From assembly GCF_004010195.1 (NCBI RefSeq), contig NW_025214577.1, positions 9,902-46,636 on the forward strand: a stretch of 36,735 nt of DNA, given 5' to 3'. Within the stretch, counting starts at the first letter, position 1. Every line of letters begins with the position of its first letter. The notes below the pieces were generated by a model. That model was not told the DNA's origin and made no database searches. It was given only the letters and a program-made list of their open reading frames with translations. Origin of the DNA: Chiloscyllium plagiosum (Eukaryota). A program made the translations under genes and the position numbers. Shown piece after piece: positions 9,672-21,974 of the stretch.

Positions 9672-11440
9672 GATTCCCTTTTAGGGGCATCTGTTTCATT
9701 AAGGCTGTCTCAATCAGTCTGTTGGTGGGTCCTCGTATACAGGGTATGATACAACAGTCATTGGTTACCAATATCCCGGAAGTAAGGGAAGTAAGAACGG
9801 AAACCACCACCCCCTTCCATTTTCCATACCATGATTCAAGCCATCCCGTGAGAGAAATGTGTACTCCTGAATTCTCAGCACGTTCCTCTGCTAACATAGT
9901 TAATCCACTTAAGGCCTGAGTAATTGAACCATCAGGCGCAGTGGTATTAGGAATAAAGGTTCAACAGCTTCCTCCTAACATTACAAACGCACACACACCC
10001 TTTTCCTGCTAAAATCATTTCAAGGACCATTCTGTTTTCCTATACCATCCTACTTGTCGCATCAAGCTGTTCTGATATTCCTTTTCCGCATATTTTGTAT
10101 AATATATACATCGCTGTTGATGATAGAAAATGTAATTTATCAAATCTACATTTTAATTAATTGTTACCCACCAAAAGAGAGCTGACTCAAAACCTGTTGC
10201 AATCTGGTTACGAGCCTTGAACTCGTTCGGTACCTCCCAAGAGACTCCTACAGAATCGAGATAAATCTTGAAATCAAAAGAAGTGTCTAACAGTGATCTC
10301 GTACTCCTTCCCTTTTTCTCTAGTATCTTTTCCTTCGCAACTGCCAGGGCAAATGGATTTGCCAATTGTACAATTGCACATATCCCTCTCCAATCCGTAG
10401 ATAGGGTAGGTCTCAATATTTTGCTTCCGTAGTACCACCATAGATCCGCTCGGGGCAAATTTAGTGTTGAGTAGTTCCCTCTCTTGTCCGTTTCGGTGAC
10501 ATTCTTAACCTCTGTACATACTTTCAGCTCCCACAAATCTCTCGACCGATTTGTACGTCGTCCATGCACACACGATGTGTGATTTCCGACTGTAGCTGAA
10601 ATCTTAGGGGGCCTTTGAATCTTTCTTCACCAAGGAAGGGAACATTAGAGATAGGGAGCTACAATTCCTATCATTCCATGCAGTCTTATCCTGATACAGG
10701 GCTATCATACATTCCATGCCCTTCCTGTCTCGCTTCCACCCGAGCGGAAAGAGAACCACCTTGGCCACTGGCCTACATGCATAACAATTGCTCTTGTTCA
10801 GACTTTTTACAGTATACTTTACCCATTCAACCCAGGCATTTGCATCCCCGTATCCATTTTCTACTTCAATGGTCTGTTTCAAGTCCTTTACCTCTATAAT
10901 TCTTACTACTTTAGGATCATCGGGAGGGGTGAAAGGTTGTACCTTATTATCCAGTAGTTCTGCTCGTTTTCCCTGTCATTCGCTAATTCGAAAACAACAG
11001 CCCGAGAAATCATTCCCGTTTGTTTTCATTCTATCCCAAATGTTTCATTTAATTGTACCTGATAGGTGCCGCACTAACACTTTCGCCCCCTCCAACCACC
11101 CACCCCCCAGAATTTCTTCATGCCATGTGGTTTTCTTCATCGTTAGGTATGTTGGGTTACACTTTTTATCGGGACAATCGCGAGCTGGTCGGAAGGGGGC
11201 CCCGTGTACTGTGACGAGACCATTATACCAAGTACCATCCCCAAGGCTATCCCCATAGGAATTAAGATGTATCTCTGAGCTGCGGTCATGTCTCTGATTA
11301 TCTCCATCCCTACAATTTACTAAGCTGCATGCATCAGTGTCTATTACTTGTGGATTATCAGACTCAGGAACCGTTAATAACGAATATGATATTTGACAAC
11401 ATTCCAAAACTAAGAGGGCTAACATCATACCTCTAAGCAT
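9672..11440 (-). pseudogene. env: ERV env (signal peptide, SU with CxxC, TM with ISD-like region, CX6CC remnant and membrane anchor), with stops and frameshifts
   Basis: Signal-like MLRGMMLALLVLECC. SU GYGDANAWVEWVKYTVKSLNKSNCYAC. RSTR cleavage-like site. TM EFKARNQIATGFESALFWWVTIN, QLDATSRMV*ENRMVLEMILA and GGSC*TFIPN. Tail CCIIPCIRG. Confidence 0.92.
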
Positions 11441-11539
11441 TCCCAGTATTCTAAAAATGGTGCTGAAGCACGAAAAGACTTAATACACAATCCTACAGAA
11501 ATAATCCCGCGCAGGCGTCGCCACTGTATAATCAGTTAC

Positions 11540-14353
11540 TCAAACTCTCTTTAGCCTGAGTTTCAGCGTTATTGCGTTGTTTCGTCTGTCCAGACTTCTT
11601 CCTCGACTGGATATTTCACTGGCCCTTTGATCCTTGTGTAGTGATTCCAGCCTTTCTCCGCTGTCCTTATTGCCGTTTCGGTCGTCAAAAGAGCCTGATA
11701 CAGCCCTTTCCAGTCCGGCTGCAATTTAGTCTCTGTCCATGATTTTACAAAGACCAAATCTCCCGGCCGGATGGGATGAACGGCAAATTCAAGGGGCGGA
11801 GTCTGTGCCAATAAACCCAGTTTCCTGAGGAAAGACAAAGAGACGGACAAGCCCAGTATATACTTTAAGAACAAGTCTTTAATTTCGGGAATTGGCAATT
11901 ATCCATTCATTCCCAGAATAAGGTAAGTCAAATAAGATTTCATATGGGGGATTGTCCCAAATCTTTCCTTTGGGCTGTTCGTACTCGCAAGAGGGCTATA
12001 GGTAAACAATTGGTTGGAGGGAGTCTGGTTTCTATTATCAATTTAGAGAGCTGGCGTTTGAGTGTTTGGTTCATTCTCAAAACCCTTCCTGATGATGGCG
12101 GGTGCCCTGGAGCATGGAACGCCAAGGAAATTCCCAACCCTTTCATTATCCTCGTAACACTTTAGAGGTAAAATGAGTTCCTTGGTCGGAATCTATACGG
12201 TTCACTCGNNNNNNNNNNNNNNNNNNNNNNNNNNNNNNNNNNNNNNNNNNNNNNNNNNNNNNNNNNNNNNNNNNNNNNNNNNNNNNNNNNNNNNNNNNNN
12301 NNNNNNNNNNNNNNNNNNNNNNNNNNNNNNNNNNNNNNNNNNNNNNNNNNNNNNNNNNNNNNNNNNNNNNNNNNNNNNNNNNNNNNNNNNNNNNNNNNNN
12401 NNNNNNNNNNNNNNNNNNNNNNNNNNNNNNNNNNNNNNNNNNNNNNNNNNNNNNNNNNNNNNNNNNNNNNNNNNNNNNNNNNNNNNNNNNNNNNNNNNNN
12501 NNNNNNNNNNNNNNNNNNNNNNNNNNNNNNNNNNNNNNNNNNNNNNNNNNNNNNNNNNNNNNNNNNNNNNNNNNNNNNNNNNNNNNNNNNNNNNNNNNNN
12601 NNNNNNNNNNNNNNNNNNNNNNNNNNNNNNNNNNNNNNNNNNNNNNNNNNNNNNNNNNNNNNNNNNNNNNNNNNNNNNNNNNNNNNNNNNNNNNNNNNNN
12701 NNNNNNNNNNNNNNNNNNNNNNNNNNNNNNNNNNNNNNNNNNNNNNNNATAATGTCAAGGCAGTTGTGCTCTGGATTCTGAGGAGAGTCTTCTTCCCCTT
12801 TCCAAAGAAAGGCAGCTGGATTTAAACAATTATCCGTGACCAACACTAGATCATCCTTTTCTCTTAATGTTGCCTCATATTTCAGAACCTGCCAGTCTGT
12901 CAACCATCGTCCACCTTTTTGGTTTAGGATCATTCTCACTTGGTGTGGGGTGCTTATTATTAGGGCTCCCCCAAATGTAAGCTCCCTGCTTTCCTCCACC
13001 AACAGTGCAGTTGCAGCCACGGCCTGCACACATTCAGGCCTCCCCCGGGATACTGGATCCAATAGCTTTGAAAGATATGCTACTGGCTGTTTCATTCCTC
13101 CCCACCTCTGGGTTAATGCTCCCAAATATGCTCCCTTATCTACGGTAGCAAAGAGGTGCAAAGGTTTATCTAGAGAAGGTAAGGCTAACACGGGGGCATG
13201 GATCAGATCTCTTTTGCATTCCTCAATAGTTCTTTTTCCTCATCTTTCCATATCAGACACTTTGATTCCTCCTCTAATAGTTTGAGATATAGTTTATTCG
13301 TCTTTTGAGCATAAGAATCAATCCACAATCTGCAATATCCCGTTAAACCCAAAAAAATTTCGTAATTCCCGTTTAGTCCTGGGCAACGGCATCCCCACTA
13401 TTCCCTCTATCCGTTGCAGGCTAATCTTTCGCTTTCTCTCACTAACTAAATGTCCCAAGTATTTCACGCCTCGCTCCACATATTGTAGTTTGTTTTTAGA
13501 TACTCGCAGTCCCTCCTGACCCAGGAGACTCAATAATTTGTTAGTGGCTTCTAGTACTTTTTCTCTTCTTCTTCCTGTTACTAAGAGATCGTCTACATAC
13601 TGCAACAGGGTAGTCCCTATGGGGCTGCTTAATTCCTCCAAAATTTATTCTAACATCTGTCCAAATAAATTAGGGGATTGCGCAAACCCCTAGGGGAGCA
13701 CGATCCACCGGTATTGCTGTTTCCGTCCTGTCTTGGGATCTTCCCATTCAAATGCAAACACATTCCTACTTTCCCTCGACAAGGGGCAAGCCCAAAAGGC
13801 ATACTTTAAATCTATCACACTAAACCATGAGGGATCTTACTTAATAACGTATAGGGATTTGGCACCACTGGGTGCCTGATCTGTTCTATTTGATTCAATG
13901 TTCTCAAATCCTGCACCAAACGATAAGCTCCATCGGATTTTCGCACTGGTAGAATTCGGATATTATAAAGAGACATACATGGCTCCAACAGTCCATCTCT
14001 AGCCCCTCAATTACTGGCTGCAGTCCTCGTTTACCTTCTATGGAAATGGGATACTGTAGCTCATAGACAATGTCCCCTTTCCTTTTCAAAGTTATTTCAA
14101 GGGGAGGGATCTGTATTCTTCCACGATTCACTTCTCGAGCCCTTACAAAATTGCCATTTGTGTTACCAGTTCTTTTTCCTGAATTCAAATCTCCAGTCCT
14201 AAGAGGGCAATTAAAACTCTGCCTAGTTAGTTACTTCCTATATCAGGGATATACAACAGTTCCTCTGTGTCTCAAATCCTTAGGACCGTCTATCATCATA
14301 GGTTCAAATATAGAAGAGTAAATCCTTCCCCTTTTACCCCGGAAACAGTAATT
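11540..14353 (-). pseudogene. pol: ERV pol (end of protease region, RT, connection/tether, integrase). RNase H and the IN N-terminus fall in a gap.
   Basis: LLQYVDDLL (YVDD at 13588-13599), VKYLGH, PVAYLSKLLDPVSRG, IN core IDSDQGTHF..SSGRVLRMNQTLK, and GPY/F-like WKGLYQALLTTETA. Multiple frameshifts. Confidence 0.95.
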
Positions 14354-14682
14354 NNNNNNNNNNNNNNNNNNNNNNNNNNNNNNNNNNNNNNNNNNNNNNN
14401 NNNNNNNNNNNNNNNNNNNNNNNNNNNNNNNNNNNNNNNNNNNNNNNNNNNNNNNNNNNNNNNNNNNNNNNNNNNNNNNNNNNNNNNNNNNNNNNNNNNN
14501 NNNNNNNNNNNNNNNNNNNNNNNNNNNNNNNNNNNNNNNNNNNNNNNNNNNNNNNNNNNNNNNNNNNNNNNNNNNNNNNNNNNNNNNNNNNNNNNNNNNN
14601 NNNNNNNNNNNNNNNNNNNNNNNNNNNNNNNNNNNNNNNNNNNNNNNNNNNNNNNNNNNNNNNNNNNNNNNNNNNNNNNNNN

Positions 14683-15902
14683 TTTGTCACAAAATATACT
14701 TTCAAAAGACCCTGTGCCACTGGGTCCTCAGGGTTCATTCCAGAGTATTTCCGCATTGAGTCTCTTTATCTTTGCAAGAAAGCTGAGGGAGTCTCAGCTT
14801 TCTCCTATCTAACTTCAAAGGCTTTAGTCAAATTCTGCGACTTGGAACTGCGTCTCTTATTCCTTTTTGAAACAGGTCTTGTAATTCTCTAATTTCTTCT
14901 CTATGCTCCGGGTTTTGATTTTCCCACTGGGGCTCTCTGAGGGAAACTTCTTCTCTCTCTGTCCAGCATCCCCATCCCCAATGGGATGTTCCCTGTTCCA
15001 TATTTCAATGGCTGCTCCTCGTATAAGCCCCCTTTCTTCCCCAGTAAATAATCTTTTCAAAATAGACTTTAACTCAGTCCACGTACACAGACTGGGCCCT
15101 AAGAAATGATCAATTTTTCCAGACTACCCTACCGGATCCTCACCCAGGACCTTCATCTCCTTCTGAAATGTTTTGATCTCCCCACTGGTGAGGGGGGCAC
15201 TTACAAACCCAATCTCTGTCCCCTATTGGTACCTCCCAAAGGCGATAAGTCTTAACGTTCTTCCCTTTTTTGTTTTTGTTTCCACCCTTAGACTTTGGTT
15301 TAAATACTCTGGAGGCCTCCTCTACATCTACTTTATCTTCCTTTTATTTTGTTAAGGACTGAGGGTGGGAAACAACAACATCGCCGTCCACCGCCCCTTC
15401 ATCCTTCTCTTGTGGGTCATCCATTCCCTGTCCCAGTCTGTCTGTCTGTCTCTCCTCCTCTCCGATTTTCACCTAATCTGATTTTATGGTATGGCGCGGG
15501 TTGGGGGTAGCAGCCAAGAGGATCCGAGGGACAGGGTGGGGCAGAGGGGGAATCTCTTGTCTTTACCATCATCATTCTCAAACTGTCGTTCCAACAGGAC
15601 TCATAGTCCGCCTCTGCTTGACTAAAAGGTTGTTTCTCATTCATATACAAATCTAAATACTGACATACCCATCCTCGTCCGAACCATACTTTGACCAGAA
15701 GACAGCCGGACGAAGGATTGGTTCTTTGGTCCATACTAAACAACAATATTTAATCATTTTCTTTGTATGTTTTTCCCTTGTACTAGTGTAACTTGTCCAT
15801 TCCCGCAATATCCTTTCCAATGGACTTTCAGGAGGAATATTACCAGCGACTTTTTCCTCCTTTACTCCGTAACAGTTCGACTTTCTCTGCCTACCCCCCC
15901 AT
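14683..15902 (-). pseudogene. gag: ERV gag (matrix + capsid). NC and the gag-pro junction are in a gap.
   Basis: ATG at 15902 with Gly2, followed by an extra G that shifts the frame. MA IPPESPLERILREW..KKMIKYCCLVWTKEPILRPAVFWSKYGSDED. CA LFTGEERGLIRGAAIEIW and MRKYSGMNPEDPVAQGLLKVYFVT. Confidence 0.92.
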
Positions 15903-15981
15903 TTCTCGGGGCCCTCGCCAGTCCCACAGCGATTAAATACCCCTTTTCCCAGCCACCAAGGCAATACTTAAAAGTCAGTTT

Positions 15982-15990
15982 TCTTACCTT
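15982..15990 (-). promoter_or_regulatory. Probable major splice donor in the ERV leader (AAG|GTAAGA, GT at 15987-15986)
   Basis: Consensus donor between the PBS and the gag ATG. Candidate env acceptors TTATTTCTGTAG (~11493) and TCTTTTCGTGCTTCAG (~11463) lie just upstream of env ATG 11440. Confidence 0.55.
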
Positions 15991-16198
15991 GGTCTGTGCA
16001 CAGAGTTGCCTGGCCCCTTTTTGCCGTAATTTCTAATGACCTTCTTGCACTGTCTGATTCAGATGTCTCTCTTGTGGGATTCGTACCATTCGGCCAAAGC
16101 AGCGCACCAAACCGGGACACGAGACCGCTCGCCAAATGGGAAAGGGACACGTCTTCCCAGTGTCCAGGGCCAGCCACTCCCCCTGGTGATGGAAGAAT

Positions 16199-16215
16199 AT
16201 CCCGGACGGTCTACA
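16199..16215 (-). promoter_or_regulatory. Degenerate tRNA-Pro-like primer binding site
   Basis: TGTAGACCGTCCGGGAT begins 2 nt after the 5' LTR. It shares TG and CGTCCGGGAT with the tRNA-Pro PBS TGGGGGCTCGTCCGGGAT. Confidence 0.7.
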
Positions 16216-16217
16216 TT

Positions 16218-16874
16218 TGTGAGAAACGAAGCTCACTCACTTCAATAATGTCAGTCCGACACAAGATCTCAAGGAATCAGTATGTTTATTATCCGCTTGC
16301 AAGCGTGGTGCCTGAAATAGACACCCAGAGTTTAGCAAGTACGTATCCTATATCGGATTCACTACTCCAAACCTGGTGCCCATTGCTTATCTCTTGCCTT
16401 AGCCGGCCTTGTGCATAAGAAATTACAAGTTTTACTTGGCCATTTCACCACATCCTGCTGTGGTCCATTGTGAGGTATATCCTCCTTCACTACTATCTAT
16501 TTCCACCACTTGTGACATTTCCTCCCTTTCATCAACCATACTGATCCTTATGGCCTTTTAATTGTTTTTGTTTGATTTTGCAGAAGTGCGAGACAGATGC
16601 TTATAACTACTGCTTATACAAACATATCTGGCTTAATCTGCATCCTCACAGCACCTCATCTATTTGTCTGTAACATCTACCATTGTCTGCAGGCACGTTT
16701 CATTCGTGTATGCACATTTTAGCTATTGCAAAAACAATTATATATTTCCTTCACATAGTTTCATTCTTGTTGACTCAGCTCTTAATTGAAACAATTATAC
16801 ACTGTTGTGAGTTAATTTACCTTGCATAAGTAATTATGATTGCAGAAGTAACACTATTTTACCTATATCTTACA
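16218..16874 (-). repeat. ERV 5' LTR, 657 bp
   Basis: Minus-strand termini are TGTAAGA...TCTCACA (imperfect inverted repeat). AATAAA lies at 16290-16285 and is mutated to AATACA in the 3' LTR. Confidence 0.94.
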
Positions 16875-16878
16875 CGGA

Positions 16879-19800
16879 GAAAATAAAGCAAGGCTGGAGA
16901 TATTACAGCGAAAGGAAAGCAAAATTGGAGATGTTGCAAAGATAAGAAAGCAAGGCTGGAAATTTTACAAAAATAGGATAGAAAGGCGGGAAATGTTTTA
17001 ATGAGAGGAACGCAAAGCCGGAGATGTTATAGAGATAGTAAAGCAACGCTGGCCTTGTTACAGAGTCAGAAAAGTAAGGCTGGACAGGCTCCAGAGATGG
17101 GAATGCAAGGCTGAAGATATCACAGAGGTAGGAAAGCAAGGCTGGAAATGTTGAAGAGATAGGAAAGCAAGGCTGGAGTTTTCACAGATAGAGGAAAGTA
17201 AGATTGGAGATGTTACAGAAACAGGAAAACAAGGCTGGAACTGTTAAAAGAGAGATAAAAGCAAGGCTGCAGATGTTACAGAGACAGGAAAGCAAGGCTG
17301 GAGTGGTTACAGAGACTGGAATGCAAGGCTGGAGATGTTGCAGAGACAGGAAAGCAATCCTGGACATGTTACAGACAAGGAAAGCAAGGCTGGGCAGGCT
17401 CTCGAGATAGGAAAACACGGCTGGAGATGTCACAGAGACTGGAAAGGAAGACTAGCGATGTTATAGGAATAAGAAAACAAGGCTGGAGATTTTATAGCGT
17501 GAGGAAGGCACGACTGGGAATGTTATAGAGACAGGAAAGCAATTCAAGAGATGTTACAGAAAAATGAAAACAAGGCTGGAGATGTTGCAGAGATAGGAAA
17601 GAAAGGCATGAAATTTTACACAGAGAGGAAAGCAGGGCTGGAAATGTTAGAGATACGAAGGTAAGGCTGTGGATGTTATAGAGACATGAAAGCAAGGCTT
17701 GAGATGTTACAGAGTAAGGAAAGCAAGGCTGGAGATGATACAGAGATAGGAATACAAGGCTGGAGGTGTTAGAAATAGTAGAAAGCAAGTCTGTAAATTT
17801 TACAGAGACAGGAAAGCGAGCGTGGATATGTTACAGAAAGTGGAAAGCAAAGCTCGATATGTTAAAAGAGACAGAACTGCAAGGCTGGGAATATTACAGG
17901 CATAGGAAAGCAACGCTGGATATGTTACAGGGATAGAAAAGCACATCTAGAGATGCTACAGAGATAAGAAAGCAAGGTTGGCAATTTCACAGAGATAGGA
18001 AAGCAAGGCTGGAAATGTTATGGTGATAGAAATTCAATGCTGGAGATGTTAAGGCGATAGGGATGCACGGCTGGAGATGTTACAGAGAAATGAAAGCAAG
18101 ACTGTAGATGTTACAGAGATAGGAAAGCAAGGCTGGAGTGGTTACAAAGAGTGGAATGCAAGGCTGGAGATGTTGCAGAGACAGGAGAGCAATGCTGGGC
18201 AGGCTCGAGGGAAACGAAAACACCGCTGAAGATGTCATAGAGATAGGAAAGCAGTGTTAGAGATGTTACAGAGATTGGAAAGCAAGGCTGGAGAAGTTAC
18301 AGAGATTTGAAAGGAGGCTGTAAATGTTAAAGAAATAAAAAAATAACGGCTGGAGATGTTACAGAGACAGGAAAGCAATTCAAGACATGTTACAGAAATA
18401 AGAAAACAAGGCTGGAGATGTTACAGAGATAGGAAAGAAAGGCTTGAAATTTTACAGGGAGAAGAACTCAGGGCTGGAGATGTTACAGAGACTGGAAATC
18501 AAAGCCGAAGTTGTTGCAGAGATATGTAGGCAAGGATGTGGATGATGCAGAGACATGAAAGCAAGGCTGGAGATGTTACAGAGATAAGAAAGCAAAGCTT
18601 GCAACCTTTCAGAGATAGGAAAACAAGACTGGAAATGTTATAGTGATAGGAATGCAAGCCTATTGAGGTTACCGAGATAGGGATGCACGGCTGGAGATGT
18701 TACAGAGATAGGAATGCAAGGCTGGAAATGTTGCAGAGATAGGAAAGCAAGGCTGGAGATGTTATAGAGATAGGAAAGCAAGGCTGGAGTGGTTACAGAG
18801 AGTGGAATGCAAGGCTGGAGATGTTGCAGCGACAGAAATCCATGCTGGACATGCTACAGAGAAAGGAAAGCAAGGCTGGACAGACTCTTGAGATAGGAAA
18901 GCCGGGATGGAGATTTAACTGAGAGGGGAAAGCAAGGCTGGAGATGTTACAAAGACAGGAATGCAAGGCTGGAGATGTGACAACGAGTGGAAAGCAAAGC
19001 TGGAGATGTTATAGGGAGACGATAGCAAAGCAGAAGTGGGCACAGAGATTGAAAAGCAAGGCTGTAGATGTTACAGACTTAGGAAAGAAAGGCTGGGGAA
19101 GTCACAGAGTTGGGGAAGAAAGGCTGGACATGTTACAGAGATAGGAAAATAAGGCTGGACAGGCTGTAGAGACAGGAAGACAAGGCTGGAGGTGGCACAG
19201 AAAAAGGAAATCAAGTCTGGACATGCTGCAGTGGAAGGAAAGCAAGGCTGGACAGGAACTTGAGATAGGAAAACACGGCTGGAGACGTAACAGAGAGGGG
19301 AAGCAAGTCTGGAGATGTTACAGAGACAGGAATGCAAGGCTGGCGTTGTGACAGTNNNNNNNNNNNNNNNNNNNNNNNNNNNNNNNNNNNNNNNNNNNNN
19401 NNNNNNNNNNNNNNNNNNNNNNNNNNNNNNNNNNNNNNNNNNNNNNNNNNNNNNNNNNNNNNNNNNNNNNNNNNNNNNNNNNNNNNNNNNNNNNNNNNNN
19501 NNNNNNNNNNNNNNNNNNNNNNNNNNNNNNNNNNNNNNNNNNNNNNNNNNNNNNNNNNNNNNNNNNNNNNNNNNNNNNNNNNNNNNNNNNNNNNNNNNNN
19601 NNNNNNNNNNNNNNNNNNNNNNNNNNNNNNNNNNNNNNNNNNNNNNNNNNNNNNNNNNNNNNNNNNNNNNNNNNNNNNNNNNNNNNNNNNNNNNNNNNNN
19701 NNNNNNNNNNNNNNNNNNNNNNNNNNNNNNNNNNNNNNNNNNNNNNNNNNNNNNNNNNNNNNNNNNNNNNNNNNNNNNNNNNNNNNNNNNNNNNNNNNNN

Positions 19801-21052
19801 NNNNNNNNNNNNNNNNNNNNNNNNNNNNNNNNNTAGAGACAGGAAGACAAGGCTGGAGGTGGCACAGAAAAAGGAAATCAAGTCTGGACATGCTGCAGTG
19901 GAAGGAAAGCAAGGCTGGACAGGAACTTGAGATAGGAAAACACGGCTGGAGACGTAACAGAGAGGGGAAGCAAGTCTGGAGATGTTACAGAGACAGGAAT
20001 TCAAGGCTGGCGTTGTGACAGTGAGAGGAAAACAAAGCTGGAGATGATGCAGGGAAACGAAAGCAATGCTGGAGTGGGTACAGAGAATGGATAGCAAGGC
20101 TGTAGACGTTACAGACATAGGAAAACCAGGCTGCTAATGTTACAGAGATCGTAAAGCAAGGCTGGAGATGTTAGTGAAATAAGAAAACAAGTCTGGAGAT
20201 GTTACAGGGGGAGGAAAGCTAGGCTGGAGATGTTACAGAAAAGGAAAGGAAGACTGGAGATGTTAAAAGAGAAAGAAAAGCAAGACTGCAGATATTACAG
20301 GGATAGGAAAGAAAGGCTGGAGATGTTACAGAGAGAGGAAAGCAAGGCTGAGATGTTAGAGAAACAGGAAAGGAAGACTGGAGATGTTAAACGAGAAAGA
20401 AAAGCAAGGCTGCAGATATTAAAGGAATAGGAAAGCAAGTTTGGCGATTTTACCGAGACTGGAAAGCAAGGCTGGAGATGTTATAGAGATAGGAAAGCAA
20501 GGCTGAAGATGTTACAAAGATGGGAATGCAAGGCTGGAGATGGCATAGTGACAGGAGCGCACGGCTCGAGATGTTAGAGGTAGAGAAACAAGGCTGGTCA
20601 TGTTACAGAGATAGGAAAGCAAGGTCAGACAAGCTTGTGGGACAGGAAAGTACGTCTAGAGATGTCACAGAGATAGGACAGCAAGGTTGCAGATGATACA
20701 TAGATCGGAAAGCAAGTCTGGAGATGTTACAGAGAGAGGACAGGAATGCCGGTGATGTTTCAGAGAAAATAAATTAGTTTTGGAGATGTTACAGAGAGAG
20801 AGATGGCAAGGCTGGAGATGATACCGTGAACAGAACGCAAGGCTGGAGATGTTACAGAAAAAGGAAAGCGAATTTGGAGATGTTGCAAAGATAAGAAATC
20901 AAGGCTGGAAATTTTACTGAAACTGGAAAGAAAGGCTGGAAATATTGCAGTGATAGGAATGCAATGCTGGATATGTTACAGAGATAGGGAAGCAAGGCTG
21001 GCCATGTTACAGAGACAAGAAGCCTAGGCTGGAAAGGCTCTAGAGCTAGGAA
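16879..21052 (+). repeat. ~31-bp satellite array, right block (contains gap 19356-19833)
   Basis: Same unit and orientation as 6617-8998. The array resumes mid-unit after the ERV TSD. Confidence 0.97.
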
Positions 21053-21692
21053 NNNNNNNNNNNNNNNNNNNNNNNNNNNNNNNNNNNNNNNNNNNNNNNN
21101 NNNNNNNNNNNNNNNNNNNNNNNNNNNNNNNNNNNNNNNNNNNNNNNNNNNNNNNNNNNNNNNNNNNNNNNNNNNNNNNNNNNNNNNNNNNNNNNNNNNN
21201 NNNNNNNNNNNNNNNNNNNNNNNNNNNNNNNNNNNNNNNNNNNNNNNNNNNNNNNNNNNNNNNNNNNNNNNNNNNNNNNNNNNNNNNNNNNNNNNNNNNN
21301 NNNNNNNNNNNNNNNNNNNNNNNNNNNNNNNNNNNNNNNNNNNNNNNNNNNNNNNNNNNNNNNNNNNNNNNNNNNNNNNNNNNNNNNNNNNNNNNNNNNN
21401 NNNNNNNNNNNNNNNNNNNNNNNNNNNNNNNNNNNNNNNNNNNNNNNNNNNNNNNNNNNNNNNNNNNNNNNNNNNNNNNNNNNNNNNNNNNNNNNNNNNN
21501 NNNNNNNNNNNNNNNNNNNNNNNNNNNNNNNNNNNNNNNNNNNNNNNNNNNNNNNNNNNNNNNNNNNNNNNNNNNNNNNNNNNNNNNNNNNNNNNNNNNN
21601 NNNNNNNNNNNNNNNNNNNNNNNNNNNNNNNNNNNNNNNNNNNNNNNNNNNNNNNNNNNNNNNNNNNNNNNNNNNNNNNNNNNNNNNNNNNN

Positions 21693-21974
21693 CTATCTGC
21701 CACTTTTCCGACCAAATCTCCTGTCTATGTATATCGTCCTGTATTCTCTGACAGTCCCTTATGCTTTCTGCCACTCCACCAAACTTTGTGACATTTGCAA
21801 TCTTGGTGATCACACCAACAGTGCCCTTTGTAGATCATTTATGTATATTACAAACAACAGTGGCCCCAATACTGATCCTTGTGGAACACCACTGGTCACC
21901 TTTCCCCATTTCGAGAAACTCCGTTCAGCTACCACTCTCGGTCTCCTGTCGCTCAACCAGTTCTTTATCCATAT
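21693..21974 (-). mobile_element. 5'-truncated CR1 RT fragment inserted in the satellite (3' part in gap)
   Basis: Translates to WIKNWLSDRRPRVV..VTSGVPQGSVLGPLLFVIYINDL..TKFGGVA. Confidence 0.88.

Larger units (their letters stand above)
8999..16874 (-). mobile_element. Full-structure, decayed class I (gamma-like, HERV-I/HERV-IP-type) endogenous retrovirus
   Basis: Paired LTRs, PBS and gag-pol-env in order on the minus strand. Imperfect 4-bp TSD: CAGA at 8995-8998 and CGGA at 16875-16878. Confidence 0.96.

Noticed and set aside
9672..9682. AAAAGGGAATC (minus strand) as the ERV polypurine tract
   Set aside because: The position is plausible, but it abuts the gap and the LTR start is not visible, so it cannot be called.
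12209..12748. Gap seems too short for RNase H plus the integrase N-terminus, suggesting a deletion
   Set aside because: Gap lengths are estimates, so no deletion can be inferred.
19167..20022. 189-bp near-identical sequence on both sides of the gap (19167-19355 and 19834-20022)
   Set aside because: The copies end and begin exactly at the gap edges, which is typical of unmerged overlapping contig ends.
6617..21052. Regular ~31-bp repeats as a CRISPR array
   Set aside because: Units are head-to-tail with no unique spacers, there are no cas genes, and the context is vertebrate.
16879..21052. Satellite as an immunoglobulin switch-like region (G-rich strand, AGCA/TGCA WGCW motifs)
   Set aside because: No Ig exons, J segments or constant domains are present in the window, and composition alone is not evidence.
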